Source: a virus
Reading direction: 5' to 3' (one strand)
DNA: 64,000 nucleotides
IMG/VR virus record: IMGVR_UViG_3300014913_000759
Location: 1 to 64,000 of that record
Positions 53,131-62,272 of the stretch are shown here, piece after piece (within the stretch, counting starts at the first letter, position 1; the number at the start of each line of letters is the position of its first letter). Below the pieces are notes generated by a model that was not told the origin of the DNA, made no database searches, and worked only from the letters and a program-made list of their open reading frames with translations. The translations under genes and the position numbers were made by a program.

Positions 53131-56100
53131 TTACCTCACTGACGCCAAATCAGACACCGGCTCTCTTATTTGACCAGCTATTGGTTGTGAAAATGTAATC
53201 AAATTGTCTCTTTCACTTTCGTATTGGGCAGCAATGTAAGATGCGCCCTTAGTGCTGTCGAATACACGAACTTCATCCAATCTCCCAGTCCAAGTATTGC
53301 TCGAACCGGTACTATCGTGTCTTCTTCCTATAAACCACGTACCAGTAGTCGGTAATGTATGACCGCAGCCCGATATGTTGCTCTGAGAGCCATTAAGATA
53401 TATCCTAAAATCACTTGCTTCTGTAACTACGACGACGTGGACCCACGTGCCTGTAGAAGTAAACGTACCGTTTTGTAACAACCAGTGGTAAGTGCCTGCG
53501 TGGCCGCCTTTAAACTTGCTAGCCGGACCATCGTAAAACAGCGCAATCCTTATATTACCTGCTGACGTGCCCTGCGTTATTAAACCACAATAGTCCGACT
53601 TGCCACCAAGACTATTAGCATAGGCCCAACAGGAGATGGTCATCTGGTTGCCGGAAAAGGTCTGAGATCCTATATCTATATATTTATCACCAAAATATAG
53701 GCATTTGCCTATACCAAGCCTTCCATCTACTAGATCTCCAGAAGTCCACGTAGCACCAGCATTAGTAGGAGTTCCGTTTCTTATAGTTGTGGAAGAATCT
53801 AAAATACAACCGGATCCTCCCGTCGGATCTTGATTTAAATGATAGACCATACCACTATCGCTGGTTCCCCAAACGGCCTTGGCAGCCGTAGAACCAATAT
53901 CACCTACATATGTTGTGTTATCAGCCCAGCTGTTATTCCACTTCATATACAAGGTTGTGTCTTCCGTAGCAGAAATGGAGGGAACTTTAACCCAAAGCTC
54001 TGCTTCCTTGCCAGAATTATCCCACCTCTCTATCTCAACATAGCACTCGGTACCATCAGCAGTAACGACCTTTAGTTTCTTACTATTGGCGCCGAGGTCA
54101 TCGAAGATTGAGGTGTTATCATAATCATTTATGCCTGAAGAATCACTTAGCCTAACAAAAACAGGAAAATCTGTCTTAGTGCTGCTGATTTTTGAAGAAT
54201 CTATTGTTAGTTCCAACCCCGTGTCGCTATCAATAACTTCTGGTGAGCTTAGCCAATACTGTCTTACAACATCGTTATAAATTGCATTTAGTGCAGCACC
54301 TTCGCCTCTCGATGCTACCGCAAAACTTGTATTATAAAAAGTAGAATTAGGTTCTGCTGTAATAGCTATAAAGTTTGTCGATGTTCCTTTCAAAATTCTA
54401 CCTTGGTTGGTAAAAAAGTAATATGATGGTGACCACTCTTCGCTCGGTTCGCTGCCACTATAAGTTGTAAACCACCGATAGTAATGGCCGGTGAGTGGAG
54501 CGAGGCCACTCAATGTGGCAGTAAAACTACTTCCAGAAGTCTGTAGACCAATAGAAACGGAGCTTTGCCATGAGGCTTTAACAGTACCTTCATCGGAAGT
54601 ACCGTAATAAACCGACACAATACCGTCATGGTTACTGCTTGGTATTGAGCCATAGAGTGTGGCCTCATCGTGTGAAGGAAACGTTGGAGATGTTGTATTA
54701 GAAATCCCTACTAAATATTCGGCATCATCAAACGTCAGTAAGTTATCAAAAATACTTTGGTTGGATGTTCTTATCCAGTCACCGGAACGCGCCACATTAG
54801 AAATACGTACCTCGTCAATGGTTCCATCAAAATAACCGGGGTCATCCGTCTCAGCAGCGCCGAACCGAACATTGCTGGTCGAAGAATTTAACGTACCTGT
54901 AAATGTAGTGCTATTTTCTTCGTAGCCATCTATATAAACACGCACAGTATTTCCGTCCCAGGAACCAACTACATAATGATCAACATTGTCTGATAAATCT
55001 GTAGATCCGGTTACTGTTGTGAGCTCCGAATTAGTCCTAAAAGGTATAAAACTCAACTCTCCAGTGGCATTTTTTCTAAACTGCCACGAACGTTGGTCAG
55101 GATTATCATCTTTAGAAACTAACTGCGATGTGGCGGCTTGGTCGGTTTTTATAACAGCCTCTACGGTTATATAGTTTACATTAAATTTACTGTCATTTCC
55201 TGCCAATAAATATTCGTCGACACCATCTAACTCGTTGCTGGCGCCTATTAATGAGTATCTATAATCTGCAGTAACCATAGAACCTTTCGGTGTTGCATGC
55301 AACACATTTATAGAAGAATCCTCTATTCTATCTGTAACATCTTCGTAGGGCCGTTGCGACATATGCCATACACCAACATAATTATCCTCCCAAACTCCCG
55401 ATGCTGATGTCGGAGCAGCTGCTATGTAGGCAGTGTTGTTGTCCAACTCACTGTTATAATATAGATAAAGCTGTGTGTTGGTTCCGCTGGATAGAGTGGG
55501 TATTTTTGCCCACACATATGCCATTTCACGATTTGGATCCCAATAATCTATCTCCGCCGGGCATTGTGTCGTACCATCAGATATTGTAATGGCAATTTTT
55601 TGTTTATTTTCATCGGATCTCGCCTTAATAACTCCATCTGCAGAATTTATGGTGAAGTTGTCCCAGCTTACATCCCAAGTTGCAGCGTCTCTTCTTATGT
55701 ATCTTAGGTATACGCGAGCATCACCGGTAGTGGTGGTTTCGGTGGTATAACCAGACGAACTGCCTTCCCACTGCCACATCCCGCTACTCCAATAAAACAC
55801 TTTTGTAACAGTGCCAACACGTGTTATTCTAAATTTTCCTGGTCCATAGTCTGCTGTGCCGGTTTTTTCGTTAGATGGTGGGTTAGCTATGTATCTTGGA
55901 GACGTATCAGGCTTCATGGTTCTAGCAATATAAGCCGAGCCTCCACCATCATATTGTACTTGAAAATACATATAATGGTGGCTAGAAGTAGGTGCCGTAT
56001 GGTTGTTCATTTGCCAATCTACTTGTATATCAAAATCTCCAACTAACTTAAAATTACTCTTTGCGTACAGCTGATCTGTAGTGGAACCAACTGTATTCAT

Positions 56101-56391
56101 TCTAAGTTTGTTGCTAGATATATATGGGTAATCATCGTCGGTAAGACTCCACAAAAACCAACGAACTTCGTTTGGAGGATCGTTGTTCGTTCCAGTAAAG
56201 GTATCATCTGAGTCCACCTCAACTAAAAACTCATTAAAAACCTTAGTTAGATCTGCATTATTTCTACCAGAGGAGCTGGAGATCTTTATAAGTGCTGGAA
56301 AATCTGTAAGGTTTTCAGATAATCCACCAGATATAGTTGTGGGGTCTATTGTAATCGGTATTCTTCTTTTCCAACCAGGTAGCCAAGCCAT
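53131..56391 (-). CDS. Putative tail protein with two DUF2341-LamG units
   Basis: Two DFP...C..EI..WD...W.K.P blocks; FDG.IDEVRIS and W.G.LDEVRV. Confidence 0.8.
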   Translation of the reverse strand: MAWLPGWKRRIPITIDPTTISGGLSENLTDFPALIKISSSSGRNNADLTKVFNEFLVEVDSDDTFTGTNNDPPNEVRWFLWSLTDDDYPYISSNKLRMNTVGSTTDQLYAKSNFKLVGDFDIQVDWQMNNHTAPTSSHHYMYFQVQYDGGGSAYIARTMKPDTSPRYIANPPSNEKTGTADYGPGKFRITRVGTVTKVFYWSSGMWQWEGSSSGYTTETTTTGDARVYLRYIRRDAATWDVSWDNFTINSADGVIKARSDENKQKIAITISDGTTQCPAEIDYWDPNREMAYVWAKIPTLSSGTNTQLYLYYNSELDNNTAYIAAAPTSASGVWEDNYVGVWHMSQRPYEDVTDRIEDSSINVLHATPKGSMVTADYRYSLIGASNELDGVDEYLLAGNDSKFNVNYITVEAVIKTDQAATSQLVSKDDNPDQRSWQFRKNATGELSFIPFRTNSELTTVTGSTDLSDNVDHYVVGSWDGNTVRVYIDGYEENSTTFTGTLNSSTSNVRFGAAETDDPGYFDGTIDEVRISNVARSGDWIRTSNQSIFDNLLTFDDAEYLVGISNTTSPTFPSHDEATLYGSIPSSNHDGIVSVYYGTSDEGTVKASWQSSVSIGLQTSGSSFTATLSGLAPLTGHYYRWFTTYSGSEPSEEWSPSYYFFTNQGRILKGTSTNFIAITAEPNSTFYNTSFAVASRGEGAALNAIYNDVVRQYWLSSPEVIDSDTGLELTIDSSKISSTKTDFPVFVRLSDSSGINDYDNTSIFDDLGANSKKLKVVTADGTECYVEIERWDNSGKEAELWVKVPSISATEDTTLYMKWNNSWADNTTYVGDIGSTAAKAVWGTSDSGMVYHLNQDPTGGSGCILDSSTTIRNGTPTNAGATWTSGDLVDGRLGIGKCLYFGDKYIDIGSQTFSGNQMTISCWAYANSLGGKSDYCGLITQGTSAGNIRIALFYDGPASKFKGGHAGTYHWLLQNGTFTSTGTWVHVVVVTEASDFRIYLNGSQSNISGCGHTLPTTGTWFIGRRHDSTGSSNTWTGRLDEVRVFDSTKGASYIAAQYESERDNLITFSQPIAGQIREPVSDLASVR

Positions 56392-56394
56392 GGT

Positions 56395-59361
56395 TTATTC
56401 CTCCAACAAGTACCATTTATATCTAGAATTTGCTTCATTTCCAGGACGTTCCTCGATTAGAGCCACGCCACTAGACGTTGCTGCAAATATCAAGTTTGCT
56501 CCATTATATATAGATGTGCCCTCCACAACGGAGATATCATTTATCACACCTCCTGGAGGTAATAGCGTTCCAGATATTGTCGAATCATACTCATATCCGA
56601 TTGTACCTTCTGTCCAATCGCATTGATGGGTGTAGATGGTTACGATTTTTGTTCCCGCTGCGTAGTAGAAACGACCACGACAAGTCTGAAAGCACTTCGT
56701 TGCTGCAGCAGTCAGTCCGCTACTGTGGTCGTAAGAGCTAGATCTTCCTAAATTAAAATGATCTACACCTGAGGCCGTAACAGCACATACATAATCACCA
56801 CAGGCACTTATATCCTTTACGTAGTTGTCCAATATGTCTGGATATTGTTTCCACAATAAAACCTCACCAGTAAGATCTTGTGGTGAATATATGTTTTCAT
56901 TAGTAATAGTAGTAGTAGGTATATATAATATACCAGATGTTGTTGTACCTATCAACAGCTTCTCATTTGATTCAGCTATAGCATTTACACCACTTAATGT
57001 AGCGTACGCTATGTAATAGTCCGTACTTACATCTACATTATATATTTCTATACCAGAGGTAGATACGTTATAGATAGGATTATCATATATACAGTATACG
57101 GTATCTGGACTAGATAGTGGTGTTATCTCTAATGTACCATAAGTTAATAGACTATCTGTTATGGAAGCGTAGTCTGTTTCCATCCAGTTATCTGAACGTA
57201 CTGTAGAGGATATCCTTACTTCGTCTATCATACCATCGAAGTGTGCGCTACCTCCTGTTTGGCTTCCTATCTCTACTACTTGGTCATTGTCTGATTGGTT
57301 TAATGATGTATATGTTTGTGTACCCGTGAAGCCTACAGACTCTCCATTGATGTAGACAGACTCTACACCAGTGCCGTCTGAAAACGTAAAGGCCACGTGA
57401 TTCTCTCCGGCGCCGGAAATTGTACTGGCGCCTGTCAGTGCCTGTTCTGCCCAGGCCGTGCCATCACTACTACCTATTATCACCTGTAATTGGTCACTGG
57501 CTGTGGTTTTTAGTGCCCAAATTCTCCTGTCAGACGAACTATTGAATCTGGTAATGAGCGCGGAGACTTCTGACGCGTCTGGTTTGAAAAGAGTAGACAC
57601 TGTTAAATCGGTGGAGTCTAGACAGTCGTAGTCTCCTGTATATAATCTCTCGTCGGTACCGTTAAATTGCAATGCTCTGCCCAATGTACCGGTCACGGTG
57701 TTTGCCAAGCCCATATTTTCTGTTGTGACGTCTAGATGGTGTATAGAACCCTTCTGAGTTGCTGGATACCTATCCATATGCCATACGCCTATATGGTCAT
57801 CATCCCATACTTCCTTCTTTACAATATCTGTACCTACTTTTATATGGCCTACATTGGTTCTTTGCAATGCGGTTGCGGCGCCATAAGCCCTAAAAAATAT
57901 GTTTCCTGAAGGATACGTTTCACCTTTATTACCCCATACCTCTGTGTTCTCAACAACTTTGTGGCCATTCATGTAAACATCGACGATTCCAGAGCCCGTT
58001 GCTACCTCTGTCCAATCAACAACCCACGAGTACCAAACACCATTATCCATTGTATGTGGATAAACAAGATTCCATGTAGCCGTATCATCATATAGATATA
58101 GCCCTTCGGCCGCAAATGTCATAAGAAGTGCGGAATCAGGGCCTCTAAAATACGCTTGAAACTTGTCATTATCGGCATAAGTTCCGATTCTTCTATGGTT
58201 TAACTCGAATTCTATTACCACTCTTTCAGCATAACCGGATGTGAATGTTTTGTGTCTGCAGGCCCTATTGCTGCTACTATAATTGAAGCCACTGAAGAAT
58301 TCAAAACTGCCTCCTTCAACAGTCATCCTACTATCACCGTTAGCGTTATCTAGGTTTGTCCAACCAGAAAGACTCGAACAGTCGTCGTCAACAAGGTTGG
58401 CAGTGCTTTGAACTATGGGCGCACCGACATAATCTGTGTCTCCTGCTTGGTTTTCATCGTAGTATAGATATAATGTAGTATCAGTACTATTAGATAGGTC
58501 TGTTTTAGTCCATAATATAATCTCTTCGTTTTCAAAGTTCCAGCTTTCTATCTCTACTGGTAATTGTGTCTCTCCATCGTCTGTTGTTAATGCTATATTT
58601 CCTATATTATGGTTAAGAGTGTCTGGATCACCTATTTTAGAGTAGTCCTGGTATGTTCCTGTAAGTTCGCTAACTAAATCTCCTGATAGGTCTACATCCA
58701 TTATAACATTATCACCGGCGTCGAGAAATCTGCACCAGTATAATGTAAAACTTGTGTTGTACCCAGATAAATGGTCTCTTACATACCATACAAAAGTTAC
58801 GTAGTCTTGTAAACTATTATCTAGATCTAGTGTATCCTTTATTGTGTGCTGTGAGCTTGAGGATTCCTCATAGTCTAGTTGCTGAATAGTACCGTAGCCC
58901 GCTATAGACCAACTATCCTCGTAAGGGAAATTAGCTCCGTCCGTTCTATCAAACTTACCATCCATCACTTTTGCAAAGTACCCAACGTTTCCGTAATTGC
59001 CGCCTGTTTCCCAGCTAAATTCTACTTGCGTGCCGGGAGGTAAAAGCTCCTTATGTACTGAAAAGAATATATACATCGAGCCCTGCGCTGAATTATTAGA
59101 TGTTATTCGTGCCGAGGTGGATGTTGGTTTACTAAAAACAGAAGCAGGTGAGCCTGACTCGAAAACATCATGTTCTTTCAGACTAACACCAGGAATATCT
59201 GTATAATCAAACAAAGTCCCAAATAGTTGTGTAATATCAGCATTATTCTTGCCAGACGCCGCAGACAGCTTTACCATCAAAGGAAAATCAGACAAATCCC
59301 CTGGTATATCAGCTGGATCTATTGTAATTGGTAGTCTTTTTGACCATCCGTCTAACCAACT
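56395..59361 (-). CDS. Putative tail protein: DUF2341 with two insertions + LamG + C-terminal domain paralogous to 14348..15010
   Basis: Same scaffold motifs; start MSWLDGW after GGAGG. Confidence 0.8.
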   Translation of the reverse strand, partial: SWLDGWSKRLPITIDPADIPGDLSDFPLMVKLSAASGKNNADITQLFGTLFDYTDIPGVSLKEHDVFESGSPASVFSKPTSTSARITSNNSAQGSMYIFFSVHKELLPPGTQVEFSWETGGNYGNVGYFAKVMDGKFDRTDGANFPYEDSWSIAGYGTIQQLDYEESSSSQHTIKDTLDLDNSLQDYVTFVWYVRDHLSGYNTSFTLYWCRFLDAGDNVIMDVDLSGDLVSELTGTYQDYSKIGDPDTLNHNIGNIALTTDDGETQLPVEIESWNFENEEIILWTKTDLSNSTDTTLYLYYDENQAGDTDYVGAPIVQSTANLVDDDCSSLSGWTNLDNANGDSRMTVEGGSFEFFSGFNYSSSNRACRHKTFTSGYAERVVIEFELNHRRIGTYADNDKFQAYFRGPDSALLMTFAAEGLYLYDDTATWNLVYPHTMDNGVWYSWVVDWTEVATGSGIVDVYMNGHKVVENTEVWGNKGETYPSGNIFFRAYGAATALQRTNVGHIKVGTDIVKKEVWDDDHIGVWHMDRYPATQKGSIHHLDVTTENMGLANTVTGTLGRALQFNGTDERLYTGDYDCLDSTDLTVSTLFKPDASEVSALITRFNSSSDRRIWALKTTASDQLQVIIGSSDGTAWAEQALTGASTISGAGENHVAFTFSDGTGVESVYINGESVGFTGTQTYTSLNQSDNDQVVEIGSQTGGSAHFDGMIDEVRISSTVRSDNWMETDYASITDSLLTYGTLEITPLSSPDTVYCIYDNPIYNVSTSGIEIYNVDVSTDYYIAYATLSGVNAIAESNEKLLIGTTTSGILYIPTTTITNENIYSPQDLTGEVLLWKQYPDILDNYVKDISACGDYVCAVTASGVDHFNLGRSSSYDHSSGLTAAATKCFQTCRGRFYYAAGTKIVTIYTHQCDWTEGTIGYEYDSTISGTLLPPGGVINDISVVEGTSIYNGANLIFAATSSGVALIEERPGNEANSRYKWYLLEE

Positions 59362-59363
59362 CA

Positions 59364-62264
59364 TTATGTAGGTACCTCCCACCATGCTTTTAAATTCGTG
59401 TTATAACTACCAGCCCAGCCCAAATCATTATCCGGAATATCGAGCTTCATATATGCATTTTTAGCTGTATTTGGATATATATTTGGTACTTCTATACTCT
59501 TTTGTAGATATATGTTTTGCACTTTTGGTGTTACGTAGTCGTAAAAAATAACATCGTCTACATTCTGATTGAATATAAAACTATCTATGTCCACGTCATT
59601 ACCTGCGCCATGGCCAGGCATATATATCCACACATAAAACGTATTTCCTATTGAATAGTTGGATGCATTACTTAGTTGATTGTATTGCCAAATACCACTG
59701 ATATAGTCGTAACATCTTAGCCTGTCGTTTGACATATCCCAATGGAGCCTGAGATATCCATAATCATTACCAGCAGTATAGGAGTTATATGACCCATATG
59801 TAGTTCCGTCCTTATTGATGCGTGCATAAAGATCCTGGGTGCCGTTTGTGCGACGCCTTATCAACCCCTCAATATAATCACCCTCATAGGCAGCGTCCAA
59901 AGCATAAAGCCTCATATATATATAGTGATACGTGTTAGGAGGATTCCAAGGACCGTCGAGCCGGTAATAAAATTGAAGATCTAAATCATGAGTTCCTCCG
60001 GTATCTATATACCATTTTTGAATGTCTGTGTTAGTAGGATGGCTCGACTGTATAGATTTACCACCGCCTACAGCACCGTAAAATCTCATTCTATTGCTTA
60101 ACGCGCTTATCGCCGACGTATCATCACTAACTCTCCATCGGTGTGCGTCTGGTGCTGTCCCATCTGATTGCGAAAACCAATCTTCTGGAGTCCAAATCTC
60201 ACTCGAATCTACAGCATGTAAATCTGACGGTCTATTTGCTCTAAGTGTAATTCTTGCTTGTGCATACTCGGCGTCAATCGGTACTGGGTACTTGTCTGGC
60301 ATAACCTCTTTCCACTCTAAATTTTGCCAGTGATTATCAATAGGAATAGGAAAATGGAATCCATGACCTGTATCGTCAAAAGCAAATTCTTGAACTGCTG
60401 GCAAATAACTGTAGCTTATATTGGTAGGCATAATCTCGCCTGCTGATGTTACGAATCTGTGTAAGTTGTTGCTAGTTCGAACCCACACACCGGTATCTGT
60501 GACCTGTAAAAATTTGTTTACATTTGCCACAGATGCTGTAAAATGAACAGTACCGTCAGTGGATATACGCTTGACGCTGTCACCATCTATGATATACATG
60601 GCATCGTCACCATCCATCGCTACTCTACGTAGACTAGATGTGCCAATACCCGTGAGTGTCTCGACCACACTTCCATCCGAATCCAAATGGACTAGATTGC
60701 CACCATCATCATCAGTTATATTTACGAACCAACAACCACCATCAGACATGGCCGATATACCATAAGGATCTGTTGCTGGGTATTGAACTTCCTCTGTTCC
60801 ACCTGACGTTATTAATTTAACAAAATCTGTGTTTCTATCTACATACCAAAGCTTATCCGTGCTAGTATCACAACTCATATCCCAGCACTGTCTTGATGTG
60901 GAGTAGTCCTCGTATGTCTGAGAGCTATATCCATTAGCAAAGTGCATGAGGTAGTAGCCAACACCTTGATTTAATGTATAACCACTTCTTGAGTAGTTGG
61001 TATAAACTAGCCACCATGTTCCGCCACTACCGTCCCACCTTATGTCGTAACAATTGTTGGAAATTTCTGTCGCTGCGTCTCTCTGTACCCAAACAGTGTC
61101 ATAATATGAGCCTCTTGGATATATTATAAAAGCCCTCAACTGTTTCCAATCAAAACCATATTTTGTACGATATACAAAACCCACTGTCCTACCAGTTATT
61201 GGATCAGTTTCTGCGCAACGAACGTAATAATTGTACGACGTGTGTGACCCATCACTCAAATACCCAGAAGTATAAACAGTACTACCATCATCCCTATGAC
61301 GGTCTATATAGTATAGCCACCTGTAACCCGCATTCGTGGCGTAGTGGAACGTCCTGATTAGAGCATAGTCTTTCGGTTTTTGACCAGAAGATCTCATCTC
61401 TATGGTTCTAACTGAGCGTTCCGCATCTTTGGTTGCAAAAGAATCGCCCTCTTCCGAATAGATATCTAAATAAACATAGCTGTTTTTTGAGCCGGCCTCA
61501 AATATTCTGGTCGTGTATGTACCAGACAACTCATTTTGTTGGAGCTGTAGTAGGCCTGAGCTAACTTCTGTCGTATCTAGGTTACCGTCCGTCGACCAGG
61601 TGTCTTCGTCTGCCAAAATTTGAGCGTTTTCTTTAACTCCGTACCAAGGACCACCCGATGTGGTGGAGAGCGTAACTAGTTCGTCTATAGTTGTTCCTTG
61701 TGGCTCCAAAACTACATATGCGGTGGCCTTTTGTGTACCACTGTTATAAATAGGAATGGTTTTTATATCTGCAGATCCACCAAGAACAGACGTGGATGCT
61801 GCAAATGAGGTTGCAGTGCCGTCCGTACCAAAATCCACTGTTTCATCCTCATTAAGAAGATTAAAGCCTTCTACGGTGCCACTAATACTAGTGCCGCTTA
61901 CCGTGTGCATAACTCTTAGATATCTGGGCGCTGAAAGTGCTGGCACTGAGGTATAGTAGTACCCAGCATTAATATTAGTAGTCAAAAGAGAGTAGTCATC
62001 TGGTGCATCGTTCTTGTAATAGAACGCTATACCTGAAGCAACCGTGCCCGAAGAAGACGTGCTGGAAAAATAGTACCTCAGCTCATCAACCTTAACACGA
62101 GCACCTAAATCACAGTCTAGACACAATATGTCGTCATCAGATATGTGTGATGTGCCGGTTAGGTTGGAAATAGAAACTATCTCCGAGACCTTAAGAGCTA
62201 CGTTTCCCGTTCCACTAGATGTGTTTGAATAAAGATTGCTATTTTCAGCAAGATTATAACTCAT
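59364..62264 (-). CDS. Putative virion protein with nested beta-propeller and lectin-like domains
   Basis: DG.GG.W / DGGCW propeller-like repeats; SGTYTT...YAQARITL...TPKV frame. Confidence 0.7.
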   Translation of the reverse strand: MSYNLAENSNLYSNTSSGTGNVALKVSEIVSISNLTGTSHISDDDILCLDCDLGARVKVDELRYYFSSTSSSGTVASGIAFYYKNDAPDDYSLLTTNINAGYYYTSVPALSAPRYLRVMHTVSGTSISGTVEGFNLLNEDETVDFGTDGTATSFAASTSVLGGSADIKTIPIYNSGTQKATAYVVLEPQGTTIDELVTLSTTSGGPWYGVKENAQILADEDTWSTDGNLDTTEVSSGLLQLQQNELSGTYTTRIFEAGSKNSYVYLDIYSEEGDSFATKDAERSVRTIEMRSSGQKPKDYALIRTFHYATNAGYRWLYYIDRHRDDGSTVYTSGYLSDGSHTSYNYYVRCAETDPITGRTVGFVYRTKYGFDWKQLRAFIIYPRGSYYDTVWVQRDAATEISNNCYDIRWDGSGGTWWLVYTNYSRSGYTLNQGVGYYLMHFANGYSSQTYEDYSTSRQCWDMSCDTSTDKLWYVDRNTDFVKLITSGGTEEVQYPATDPYGISAMSDGGCWFVNITDDDGGNLVHLDSDGSVVETLTGIGTSSLRRVAMDGDDAMYIIDGDSVKRISTDGTVHFTASVANVNKFLQVTDTGVWVRTSNNLHRFVTSAGEIMPTNISYSYLPAVQEFAFDDTGHGFHFPIPIDNHWQNLEWKEVMPDKYPVPIDAEYAQARITLRANRPSDLHAVDSSEIWTPEDWFSQSDGTAPDAHRWRVSDDTSAISALSNRMRFYGAVGGGKSIQSSHPTNTDIQKWYIDTGGTHDLDLQFYYRLDGPWNPPNTYHYIYMRLYALDAAYEGDYIEGLIRRRTNGTQDLYARINKDGTTYGSYNSYTAGNDYGYLRLHWDMSNDRLRCYDYISGIWQYNQLSNASNYSIGNTFYVWIYMPGHGAGNDVDIDSFIFNQNVDDVIFYDYVTPKVQNIYLQKSIEVPNIYPNTAKNAYMKLDIPDNDLGWAGSYNTNLKAWWEVPT

Positions 62265-62272
62265 AATTTCTC

